Below, in pieces: positions 9,501-18,562 of a stretch of DNA of 64,000 bases; position 1 is the stretch's first letter, and each line of letters opens with the position of its first letter. The stretch covers positions 160,001-224,000 of the forward strand of contig CAVPXI010000014.1 in assembly GCA_963709585.1 (NCBI GenBank). Reading direction: 5' to 3'. A program made the position numbers and the translations under genes. Below the pieces are notes generated by a model. It saw only the letters and a program-made list of their open reading frames with translations. It made no database searches and was not told the DNA's origin. The DNA comes from Candidatus Dormiibacterota bacterium (lineage in GTDB: Bacteria > Chloroflexota > Dormibacteria > Aeolococcales > Aeolococcaceae).

Positions 9501-10919
9501 CTAGACCAACTCTTCGAAAGCGGCGCGCGCAATGCTCGCTTCAGCAGCTGCGAAGCGTTTGCGAAGCGCAAAGCTGACGCCGATACCGACGATGGCGTAA
9601 ATGACAACGACGAGTGGCAAGAAGTTGTAAGGCACAGATTCGGGACCACCGAAAGGACTCAGAGCCCACAGGGGGTATATGACCACCGCTGCGCCAACGA
9701 CCGGGAGAACAACATGGAGGATGGGATTGAAGAGGTGCTTAAGGCGCGTGCTGAAGACGATTACAGTCGAGAGGAGAATAAGGACATACACGGGCACCAT
9801 CGCAAATGTCAGAACCGTGCCGAGATACGCGTAGGTGTTCATTGGCCCAACCCATATTCCGAGCACGACGAAGAGGACCAGTGCGAGAGCCCCCTCTCCA
9901 ACGATTGCCACCACGGGAGTGCCAAATCGTGGAGAGACGGTTGCGAGAACCGATGGAAGGAGGCGGTCTCGCGCCATCGCATAATAGATACGCGACACCG
10001 CCAGAGTCGTCAGCAACAACGAGGCCGTAAAGCTCGTGACGCCGGCGACGTCGATGGCAATGCGGAACCCCGGCGCGAAGGTTTGTGCGAGGGAGTCATA
10101 CGGCGCGGCGTTCCCCACCAATCCAGAGATGTGATTGACACCAAAGCCGATAGTAGCCGCGTAGGCACCAAATGTTAGAAACACGCCACCGATGATCACA
10201 GCCGCAAAAAGAGCGATCGGGATCTAACTCCGTGGTCGGGACGCCTCCTCTCCCACCGTGGCCACCGCCTCGAAGCCAACGAAGGAGAGCACCCCGAAGA
10301 CCATGGCGCCGCCAATGGCGCCGAACCCTCCCGATGGGACCTCGAACGGAACGATGCTATTGCCGGCCGCGCCCCCCTTTGCGACCACGATGATGCTCAG
10401 AACCGTGACGATGATCAGCTCGGCAACTAGGATGACGAGCCCGATACGCACGGAAGGGCGCACCCCGAGAATGTTCACCGCAGTGACCAGCACAAGCAGT
10501 ATCAGGGCGAGCACGAGCCAATTAATGTCCACGCCGTACCGGGCCAGGATTGTCGCAACATAAACCCCAACGGCGGCGTACACGCCCGGAACCACCATAA
10601 ACGAGCCTGCGAGGACCAGCCAGCCGACCATGAAGCCGACGCGCTGGCCGAGGGCGCTACGGATCCACGAGTAGTATCCGCCGGCGCTCGCTTGATGTCG
10701 CGCGAGCTGTGCCATGCAAGACGCCACGATGAGCATCGCGATGGTCGAGAGGATGAACGCGAACGGCACCTGAGCGCCAGCAAACGACGCAGCGATCGGC
10801 GTATTGAAGTAGAGCGCGGCCGTCGGTGCATACGTAGCAGTCGCCATGGCAACTACGTCTGTTGCCGTCAGCGCATTCCGCCGGAGTGTGCCGCCCGAAA
10901 CCCCCGCCATTAGTCCCAT
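9501..10919 (-). pseudogene. APC family amino acid/amine permease interrupted by an in-frame TAG (10224-10226)
   Basis: Two same-frame hydrophobic ORFs; junction reads SFVGFEAVATVGEEASRPRS*IPIALFAAVIIGG; SAGGYYSW and MARDRLLP motifs. Confidence 0.8.
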
Positions 10920-10945
10920 GAGATGCGCCCTCCAGGATCTTATGG

Positions 10946-10986
10946 ACTATGACCTACATAGTAGAGATCTAGCCGAGGGTGGTCAA
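10946..10986 (-). promoter_or_regulatory. Sigma70-type promoter with overlapping palindromic operator for the permease-amidase operon
   Basis: Minus strand TTGACC-N17-TACTAT; palindrome ACTATG-N5-CATAGT at 10946-10962. Confidence 0.6.
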
Positions 10987-11182
10987 GGCACCCGCTCCAG
11001 CTTCGAAGGGCTACGTGTTGCAGCGTCTGTTGAGCGACGGTCGGCTGACGGCAGCGAAGGCGAGTGCTATTGCTCGGTCTCCTCCAGGCTAGTAGCTCCG
11101 AGACCGCCGATCGGCTCGTGACCCACGATCGGTGATGCCCTTCACCGTTTCGTAAGGGTGCCCAGGTACAAGTAGAGCCGTC

Positions 11183-11869
11183 ATGCCGCAGCCAACCCTC
11201 GACACCGATCTCCGCTCGCCCCTGCAGATCTGGTGGGAGGGCGGGCGGCGCAATGGCGCTGACGCGATGCGAGTGTTCGGAAACCGCGCCCTAACGTCGT
11301 GGGCGGGGTTGCTGCTGCTCCCGGGGTTGGCAGTGGTTACCCTCAGCGGCCTCGCCTTCGGCAACTACTGGCAGCTTCACTACATCGCCGGGCTTTCACT
11401 CATACCCCTCCTATTAGTGAAGCTTGGCGCCACAACCTACCGCGCTCTCTCGTACTACGCGCGGCGTGCTGTCTATCGCGCAGCGGGCGCGCCGGAGTGG
11501 GCCGGACGTCTCCTGGCCCCGGCCTTGATTGTGAGCACGATCATCGCTATGGCAACAGGGATATGGATGTGGTCGCAGCACAGTGAGGCACAGCCGTGGG
11601 CGAAACTTCATGTGCTCTCGGTTCTGGCAATGGGTGCCTGCGTGGGGCTCCACCTGCTGCTTCGTACCCCGATGTCACTGCAAGCAGTCGCGCGAGACGG
11701 AGTCGCGGCGCTTCGGCACAACGGGTCGCGCATCCGCATTGCCCTGGTCGGGATAGCACTCGCAATCGGGCTCATCGTTGGCGTGGGCGGCGGCGCCCGA
11801 TCCCCCTTTCCAAGCCGCGCAAACTCGAGCCGGGCCCGAGCGGTCGACTGCAGGCCATCCCGCCTCTGA
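11183..11869 (+). CDS. Multi-pass membrane protein (possible heme-b binding)
   Basis: About five hydrophobic helices with His at helix starts (LHYIAG, LHVLS, LHLLL); next to a ferric reductase gene. Confidence 0.65.
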   Translation: MPQPTLDTDLRSPLQIWWEGGRRNGADAMRVFGNRALTSWAGLLLLPGLAVVTLSGLAFGNYWQLHYIAGLSLIPLLLVKLGATTYRALSYYARRAVYRAAGAPEWAGRLLAPALIVSTIIAMATGIWMWSQHSEAQPWAKLHVLSVLAMGACVGLHLLLRTPMSLQAVARDGVAALRHNGSRIRIALVGIALAIGLIVGVGGGARSPFPSRANSSRARAVDCRPSRL

Positions 11870-12174
11870 CCTTGCGTCCGAGCCGCTCCATCCGGCAGCT
11901 GGCTCGCTTCCGTGGGCTGGCTTCGCACGAACGCAACGTGCCGCGCTCAGTGCGACGGCGTCAGAGCCATGAAGCATCCCGAACCGCCTGAACCTTGGCC
12001 TGACGGTGTCGATGTCGTGGTTCTCCCAGGGCCACATGCGTACTTCGAGGGATGCTTCGCCGCGGGTGCTGCAGGTCTGAGATCCGCGCCCACGCCGACC
12101 AACGGCGCGCTCAGCCGCGCTCTGCCCGAGCGCTCGTCATTCCGCCGTCAGAATCGTGGCATACCATCGGTACA

Positions 12175-13758
12175 ATGGGCATAGGGCAGGGCCGTGGCGC
12201 CGGCAAACGGTCGCGATCTCGGCGCCGAGGCTCCTCCAGCCGCGCGGCGCCTGGCTCGCGCGACGAAACGACCAATCAGCGTGGTGAACGTGCCGAGCCG
12301 TCGACCGACCGCGACGGCGCATCCGCCCTGGGGGTAGCCGACGGTGCCGGCATAGTCGTGGCGATCCCTCCCATGCGTGCGGGCGCGCAAGCGACCGCCG
12401 CCGTCCGGCGCTCGCTCCGCGTTCCTCGTTCCTGGGGACTCCGGCCCACCGACGTCACGTTGATTGTGTTCGCCAACGCCGCGCTGATCGTCGCCATGTG
12501 GGTGCGTCACGGGCAGATGCCCAACCTGGGCAACGCTGGCGCGGTGCTGTCCGCGGCTGGTCAAGTCACTGCCCTGCTTGGCACGTATTCGGCGATAGTC
12601 CAAGTGGTGCTGATGTCACGGAGCCCGTGGCTGGACCAGCTCTTCGGCATCGACCGTATCGCCGGGTGGCATCGCTGGCTGGGATTCGCCACTGTCTTCC
12701 TGATTTGTGGACACGTGGTCTTCACGACGGCCGGCTACGCCGTTAGCAATGGCCACTCCTTTCTTTCTGAGACGTGGACCTTCCTCACCACCTACCCCTA
12801 CATGCTGATGGCCTATGTCGCCACCGCACTGTTCGTCCTCATTGCCGTGGCCTCGGTCCGGGCAGCCCGGCGTCAACTCTCCTACGACAGCTGGCACTTC
12901 ATCCATCTCTTCATCTACCTGGCGATTGCGCTTAGCTTTGGTCACCAGCTCGCCGTCGGCACCGACTTCGAGCGTGACCCCGCCGCGATCACCTACTGGG
13001 TGGCGCTCTACGTCGTCGCCGCACTGCTCGTCCTCAGCTTCCGGGTGCTCATCCCCGCCCGCCTCACGATGCGTCACCGGCTTCGGGTTCGCGCCGTGGT
13101 TGAGGAGGCGCCAGGGGTCATCTCCATCTACATCACCGGCCGCGACCTCGCCGACCTGCCCATGCGCGCCGGTCAGTTCTTCAAGTTCCGCTTCCTGGCT
13201 CGGGGGATCTGGTGGCGGGTCCACCCGTTCTCGCTGTCCGCCGCCCCCAATGGTGAGTACCTGCGCATCACCGTGAAGCAACTCGGCGGCTTCACCAAAG
13301 CGGTGCGCAGCCTGCAGCCGGGGACCCCGGTGATCGTGGAGGGCCCGTACGGGATCTTCACCTCGCTGCGTCGCCGTCGCCCGCGGGCATTGCTCATCGC
13401 GGGGGGCATCGGCATCACCCCCCTCAGGGCTCTCCTCGAAGAAATGCCGCAGCGCAAAAACGGCATCATCCTGCTGTACCGCGCACGGTCGTGGCATGAC
13501 GTCGTTTTCAAGGCCGAACTCGACGAGCTGGTCCGGGCGCGCGGCGGCGAGGTGCACTACATCATCGGTCGACGGGGAACCGAGATCCATCTGAATCCGC
13601 TCGCGCCCAAATACCTGCGCACCGTGGCCCCCGACCTACGCGAGCGAGACGTCTTCGTCTGCGGTCCCAAGGAGATGATCGAGGGTGTTGACGAGAGCTT
13701 GGCATCCCTTGGTGTTCCTGCCGAACAAATCCATCGCGAGCGGTTCGCATTCCTTTGA
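12175..13758 (+). CDS. Ferric reductase-like TM domain fused to FAD/NAD(P)-binding (FNR) domain
   Basis: WHRWLG, WHFIH, GHQL heme His; GQFF, HPFSLS, EGPYG, IAGGIGITP, VCGP, ERF. Start ATG 12175 follows TACCAT-N7. Confidence 0.9.
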   Translation: MGIGQGRGAGKRSRSRRRGSSSRAAPGSRDETTNQRGERAEPSTDRDGASALGVADGAGIVVAIPPMRAGAQATAAVRRSLRVPRSWGLRPTDVTLIVFANAALIVAMWVRHGQMPNLGNAGAVLSAAGQVTALLGTYSAIVQVVLMSRSPWLDQLFGIDRIAGWHRWLGFATVFLICGHVVFTTAGYAVSNGHSFLSETWTFLTTYPYMLMAYVATALFVLIAVASVRAARRQLSYDSWHFIHLFIYLAIALSFGHQLAVGTDFERDPAAITYWVALYVVAALLVLSFRVLIPARLTMRHRLRVRAVVEEAPGVISIYITGRDLADLPMRAGQFFKFRFLARGIWWRVHPFSLSAAPNGEYLRITVKQLGGFTKAVRSLQPGTPVIVEGPYGIFTSLRRRRPRALLIAGGIGITPLRALLEEMPQRKNGIILLYRARSWHDVVFKAELDELVRARGGEVHYIIGRRGTEIHLNPLAPKYLRTVAPDLRERDVFVCGPKEMIEGVDESLASLGVPAEQIHRERFAFL

Positions 13759-13772
13759 CCTGAGGTCCCAAT

Positions 13773-14273
13773 ATGCCCACTCGAGCTGTCGTTACCCTCG
13801 CCGCCACCGTCGTCGGCCTGTTCCTTTTGGTCAGCTTCCGCACTCCGCCGTCCAACACCATTGGCTCGGGGGTGGCGCTCCTCCCCGCGCGGTCGTCGCC
13901 CTCGGCATCGAGCAGTCCGCCAGCAGTCACGCCATCGGGGGCGCCGCCCTCTGGCGGCAGGACCCCGGCGGCGACCGCGGCTCCCACTGCCGCTGGTCTG
14001 AAGGACGGCTCCTTTACCGGCCAGGACTTCCCCAACTTTTACGGCGATGTCCAGGTTCAGATCATCGTTTCAGGGGGCCGGATCACCGACGTCAAAGCGT
14101 TGCAGTATCCGACCGACCGACCTCAGTCCGCGTACATAAGTTCCGTGGCGATCCCCTACCTCCACGACGAGGTGCTCAAGGCTCAGAGCGCGCAGATCGA
14201 CATCATCAGCGGCGCGACATTCACCAGCGACAGCTACGCGCAGTCCCTGCAGTCAGCTTTGGCCCGGGCCTGA
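13773..14273 (+). CDS. Extracytosolic FMN-binding protein
   Basis: N-terminal TM; YGDVQVQIIVSGGRITDV; flavinylation motif IISGATFTS. Confidence 0.9.
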   Translation: MPTRAVVTLAATVVGLFLLVSFRTPPSNTIGSGVALLPARSSPSASSSPPAVTPSGAPPSGGRTPAATAAPTAAGLKDGSFTGQDFPNFYGDVQVQIIVSGGRITDVKALQYPTDRPQSAYISSVAIPYLHDEVLKAQSAQIDIISGATFTSDSYAQSLQSALARA

Positions 14274-14278
14274 GCTGC

Positions 14279-15067
14279 ATGGTGTCTTCCGTCGCTCCGC
14301 CACCGGGGACCGTACGCGCCGAATCCATCATGGGGACGGTGATCACAGTCGATGTGCGCGATATGGGCCTGCCCGGGTCGGCGATGGATGCGGTCTTCGC
14401 GTGGTTCCACGACGTCGACGCAACCTTCAGCACCTTCCGACCCGACAGCGAGATCAGCCGCCTGTCGCGAGGTGAACTCCGCGAGCATGAGTGCTCAGCC
14501 GACGTTCGGGAGGTCCTCGCACTCTGCGAGGAGGTCAGAGTGTGCAGCAATGGCAGCTTCGACATCCGACGGGGTGGCGGGATCGACCCCCTGGGGCTGG
14601 TCAAGGGTTGGTCAGTCGAGCGCGCATCAACAATGCTTGAGGCGGCCGGGGCCCGCAACTTCTTCATCGACGCGGGCGGTGACGTTGTCGTGCGAGGGCG
14701 GCCCGAGCCAGGCCGTACGTGGCGCCTCGGGATACGTCATCCAGAGCAGGCCGATCGCGTCGCCGCGGTGCTCGCGATTCGCGATGTTGCCGTCGCCACG
14801 AGCGGCACCTACGAACGAGGCGCGCACATCGTCGACCCGCGCAGTGGCTCGCCACCTTCCGGGCTCCTGAGCCTGACGGTCGTGGGTCCCAGCCTCACCT
14901 TTGCCGATGCGTACTCCACCGCGGCATTCGTCATGGGCGACCGCGGCGCTCCCTGGGTGGCCGGCATCGACGGGTATGACGCCTTGGCAATCACGACGCA
15001 GCGTCGCACGGTTTGGACGCCTGGTCTGGAGGCGTTGCTCGTGCGGGGCGAAGAGGCGTCCGTCTGA
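14279..15067 (+). CDS. apbE: FAD:protein FMN transferase (ApbE family)
   Basis: IMGT, FSTFRPDSEISR, DPLGLVKGW, DAGGD, VATSGTYERG, HIVDP, ADAYSTA. Confidence 0.9.
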   Translation: MVSSVAPPPGTVRAESIMGTVITVDVRDMGLPGSAMDAVFAWFHDVDATFSTFRPDSEISRLSRGELREHECSADVREVLALCEEVRVCSNGSFDIRRGGGIDPLGLVKGWSVERASTMLEAAGARNFFIDAGGDVVVRGRPEPGRTWRLGIRHPEQADRVAAVLAIRDVAVATSGTYERGAHIVDPRSGSPPSGLLSLTVVGPSLTFADAYSTAAFVMGDRGAPWVAGIDGYDALAITTQRRTVWTPGLEALLVRGEEASV

Positions 15068-15078
15068 GCGTCACCCCC

Positions 15079-15374
15079 GCATCGGTCACCTTGGTCGGAA
15101 CACCGCTTGAGTCGAGGCGACCCAACCGGGCGCCAAAGGGAAATGCGGAGCGAGAGGAATTCGAACCCTCGATACCGCTTGACGCGGTATACCGCATTTC
15201 CAGGCCGTCTGAGCGGGGTGCAGGGTAGGGCACCGACGGGCACTCAGTATTCAGATTCGAAGCGCTTCGTGCACGACAAGGCAGGCGAAGGCACCCGCGT
15301 TGGGTCTGCGTTGGGCCTGGATTTCGGGCCAAGCGGGCGGGATCGAGCGCGTAAGCACCTCAGATGACATGACC
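15079..15374 (-). mobile_element. att-like junction 3: tRNA-Ser(GGA) 3' half (15145-15203) with a different variable arm, plus flanking arms
   Basis: Minus strand CTGGAAA-TGCGG-TATACCGCGTCAAGCGGTATC-GAGGGTTCGAATTCCTC-TCGCTCCG; right CGTTGGG repeats at 15298/15309. Confidence 0.85.
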
Positions 15375-15480
15375 TTCGCGTGGCCAAGGGCTAAGGAATG
15401 ACACCCGAGCGGCGATCGCAAATTGCGTTAGTCCCCGCTATTGGGGTAGCCGGCGACGCTAACACGCCGCTACCACGACC

Positions 15481-15777
15481 TCAAAGATCAATCGGCGTCG
15501 GTGAGTGCCTCGGTTGAATCGGGTCGTCGAAGTCGCGTTCGGGGATGAGCCTGTCAACACTTGCCCGAGCCTCGCGTTCAGCCGTCTCAGCGGAGTCCGC
15601 GAAGGTCGGGCTCTTGGATATCGGCTCCCAGAATTCGCCTCGTCTACGAATCGCACTGTGGTAGGTGGAAAGTCGCCACTCCTCAAAACCGAAGCTCCCG
15701 TCCGAGTTCCGGACGATTCTCACTTCGCGCCTGCCGGGGCCGTCCTGGATCGTCTTGACCACCTCCGCCGACCCCAT
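15481..15777 (-). CDS. Small hypothetical protein
   Basis: Protein-like ORF (REVRIVRNSDGSFGFEEW); TAGAAT-N6-ATG leaderless signal. Confidence 0.65.
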   Translation of the reverse strand: MGSAEVVKTIQDGPGRREVRIVRNSDGSFGFEEWRLSTYHSAIRRRGEFWEPISKSPTFADSAETAEREARASVDRLIPERDFDDPIQPRHSPTPIDL

Positions 15778-15904
15778 ATATCGATTCTAGGAGACGTGTA
15801 AGTGTGAAAGTCCGATAGATGGGCGACACATCATGTGGATGCACGTGCTTGGTCCAAATGCCGTAAGCCGACTTCGGATCGCGGCGAATGAACCCAGCTT
15901 GGGC

Positions 15905-16510
15905 TCATCCGCCGATGGCAAGGGCGAGAAGGGTATTGACCGCAGTCTCGAACGGGCGGGTACTCCGTTGCACCTGGGCGAGTAGGAGTCCTCCTTGGAG
16001 CGTGGCGAGCAGAGTAGTGGCGAGGTCGTCCGGGTCGATCCCCGACGGGAGCTTCCCGTCGGCATGAAGGGATCTAAGTCCATCGCCGATGGCGGCTGCC
16101 CACTGATCGAACCCTGCCGCTATGAGCGCTCGGGCCTCGGGGTCACACTCGGCCAGTTGACCACCGAGCGAGCCAAGTGGGCAACCGCCCTTTGCTTTGG
16201 TGCGCTTCGCTTCGGTGATCACCATCTTCCGCCAGGCTTCGAGTCCGTTCGCGCTGCGGAGCAGCTGCCCCTGGTTATTGACGATGGCGTCGGCTTGGTA
16301 ATCGATGACCGCCTGCACGAGTGCGTTCTTATCGGGAAAGTAGTGGTACATCTGAGAGCCGCTGACGTCCGCCGCCACCTTGACGTCTTCCAAGGTGGTG
16401 CTCGCCACCCCGCGCTCATGGATCAGGGCGGCGGCCTCCTCCACTATTCGTGCCCGGGTGCGCGCTCCCTTGGGGGTGAGCCTCGGCCGGTCACTCATCG
16501 CGTTGACCAT
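15905..16510 (-). CDS. TetR/AcrR family regulator
   Basis: TRARIVEEAAALIHERG...SQMYHYFPDK; GCPLG; TAACAT-N6-ATG leaderless signal. Confidence 0.9.
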   Translation of the reverse strand: MVNAMSDRPRLTPKGARTRARIVEEAAALIHERGVASTTLEDVKVAADVSGSQMYHYFPDKNALVQAVIDYQADAIVNNQGQLLRSANGLEAWRKMVITEAKRTKAKGGCPLGSLGGQLAECDPEARALIAAGFDQWAAAIGDGLRSLHADGKLPSGIDPDDLATTLLATLQGGLLLAQVQRSTRPFETAVNTLLALAIGG

Positions 16511-16531
16511 GCACCAATGTTAGCAGGATTT

Positions 16532-16580
16532 TGAGTTTGACAACCCAGTCCTGACCTGTCAGAGTGGGTCGCACAACCCA
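16532..16580. promoter_or_regulatory. Two imperfect palindromes (putative TetR operators) between the divergent genes
   Basis: TGAGTTTGACAACCCA (16532-16547) and TGGGTCGCACAACCCA (16565-16580). Confidence 0.55.
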
Positions 16581-16606
16581 TTTTGTAGCGACAGGAGGCA
16601 CATCGC

Positions 16607-17357
16607 ATGACTGACCTCAAGGGCAAGACCGCTCTGGTTACGGGCTCGACGAGCGGGATCGGTAAGGCGACAGCCATCGCCTTGGCCGCCCGCGGCGCTC
16701 ACGTACTGGTGGTCGGGCGCAACGAACAACGAGCCAAAGACGTGGTGGCCGAGATCGAAGGCAGCGGAGGCAGCGCAACGTTCCGGCTCACCACGTTGGG
16801 CGATCTGAAATCGGCCCAGGACCTAGTCGAATGGGCCATTGAGGCAGGCGACGATCATGTCGACATCCTCATCAACAACGCTGGTGTCGCCTTGCTCGGA
16901 CCAAGCAACGCAGCCACCGAAGCCGACTTCGACGAGAGCTTTGCAGTCAACGTCAAGGTTCCGTTCTTCCTCGTGGCGTCACTGGCGCCAGCCATGGCCG
17001 AACGCGGATGGGGTTCGATCGTCAACGTCTCCACGATGGTCGCCAGCTTCGGACAGGCAGGCATGGCTCTATATGGCGCCAGCCGAGCGGCTCTCGAACT
17101 GTTGACGAAGGCCTGGGCTGCCGAATACGGCCCGCGTGGTGTTCGGGTCAACGCCGTTGCCCCCGGCCCGACACGGACCCGCACCATGGAAGCAGTCCCT
17201 GAAGAGATGGTGAATCAGCTCGCAGCACTAGCACCAGCAGGTCGCGTAGCTCAGCCCGAGGAACTTGCTGCGGCGATCGTCTTCCTCGCCAGTGATGATG
17301 CCGAGCTTCGTCCACGGCGTCACTCTTGCAGTCGATGGAGGCCGAGTAGCGACGTAA
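16607..17357 (+). CDS. Short-chain dehydrogenase/reductase (frameshift near 17303)
   Basis: TGSTSGIG, NNAG, YGASR, VNAVAPG; removing one base restores ASFVHGVTLAVDGGRVAT* ending at 17357. Confidence 0.88.
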
Positions 17358-17431
17358 CGCTTGTCGGCCGCGACGTTCAAGTGCGAAGACATAGAACACA
17401 GATCGCAAACTAACAACTGAGGAGTATCCAC

Positions 17432-17752
17432 ATGAGCGCATACGTAATTGTCGAATTCACGGTCAAAGACCCGGATGTTTATCGTGAGAAATACAGCCGC
17501 AACGCTGGACAGACGGCCAAAGAGCACGGAGGCGAGGCTCTCGCCAACAGTAACTGGGAGATCCTGCATGGCGATGGCTCGCTCACCTCAGGGGCGATCA
17601 TGCGGTTTCCGGACCATGAGGCGGCCGTCAGTTGGTACAACTCGCCTGAATATCAGCGGTTGATCGATGTCCGAAGTGTCGCGATGGATGCCCGTTTCAG
17701 CTTGCTCGACGGCCTCCCTACGCGCACAGAAGATGAGCGTACATCCCAATGA
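17432..17752 (+). CDS. DUF1330 family protein
   Basis: MSAYVIV...DPDVY...HGG...FPD...AVSWYNSPEYQ pattern; GAGGAG RBS. Confidence 0.85.
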   Translation: MSAYVIVEFTVKDPDVYREKYSRNAGQTAKEHGGEALANSNWEILHGDGSLTSGAIMRFPDHEAAVSWYNSPEYQRLIDVRSVAMDARFSLLDGLPTRTEDERTSQ

Positions 17753-17840
17753 GCGCACTTCCAGGAAAGACGGTGCTCATTACTGGCGCCAACGCCCGGA
17801 TCGGCAAGGATGTGGCCCGGCAACTGGCGTTGCGCTCTCG
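17749..17840 (+). pseudogene. Truncated SDR (N-terminal fragment)
   Basis: GKTVLITGANARIGKDVARQLA, then similarity is lost before the convergent MerR gene. Confidence 0.7.
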
Positions 17841-17908
17841 GGATTGGCGAGGAGTGAGTCGGTTCGCGTCTGATTGCCGCCAGGCCGCGTTCCAGCCGTC
17901 GGCTCCCG

Positions 17909-18412
17909 TTAGTAGTCCGGTGGGGGTGGCGGCTCGTGCTTAGGTCCATGACCTTTCCGCCCTGGACCGTGCCGCCTCGGCTGTCGCTCCGGCCCGTGTG
18001 GTGGCGGGGCTGGCTGACCCTCCGGGTAATGCTCGTCGTCCATGCCCGTCACCTCGCGGAAGGCCTTGCGCTGGTAGAGGTTGCGCAGGGCCAACTCGGT
18101 GAGCGCCACCCCGTCCCCGTCGCGCCCCGCCCGCCGGACTTCGCGCTCCGTGAGCTCCTTGAGCATCTGTAGGGCGTCCAACGACACTCCGGAGTCGATC
18201 AGACGCTTGGTCAGTCGGGCTACAGCCGTATCCCTGGGCGAATAGCGGAGTTTGCCGTGCTCTCTCGTTGGGCTGATCAGTCCGAGCTCCTCCCAGTAAC
18301 GGAGAACCCGGGCGGTGACCCCGGTGCGTTCGGCCAGCCGTGGGATGGCGACGAGTTCGTCGTCGTTGCCGGTGGTCAGCTGAGGTGGGGTTGGTGGCTG
18401 TAAATCTGCCAT
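17909..18412 (-). CDS. MerR family regulator with Pro/His-rich tail
   Basis: LAERTGVTARVLRYWEELGLISP..R. Confidence 0.85.
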   Translation of the reverse strand: MADLQPPTPPQLTTGNDDELVAIPRLAERTGVTARVLRYWEELGLISPTREHGKLRYSPRDTAVARLTKRLIDSGVSLDALQMLKELTEREVRRAGRDGDGVALTELALRNLYQRKAFREVTGMDDEHYPEGQPAPPPHGPERQPRRHGPGRKGHGPKHEPPPPPDY

Positions 18413-18562
18413 GATCGTGTAAGATTATCTCAGGCGACGGCGAGCGTGTTGAGGTCGCCCGAGATCCGCATCAAGGAGTACAGACGCATGAATCTCCAAG
18501 GCGCTCTCGCACGCCCTGTCGCAGCCAAGAGAGGGGACAGAATCTCGGCACATCGCGACCCG

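Noticed and set aside
10986-10996. AAGGCACCCGC match to the att right arm at a cargo boundary
   Set aside because: Isolated short match, not followed by CGTTGGG repeats or a tRNA fragment.
13685-14278. Long N-terminal extension of ApbE (460-aa ORF)
   Set aside because: Overlaps the FMN-binding gene out of frame; ApbE homology starts near 14279.
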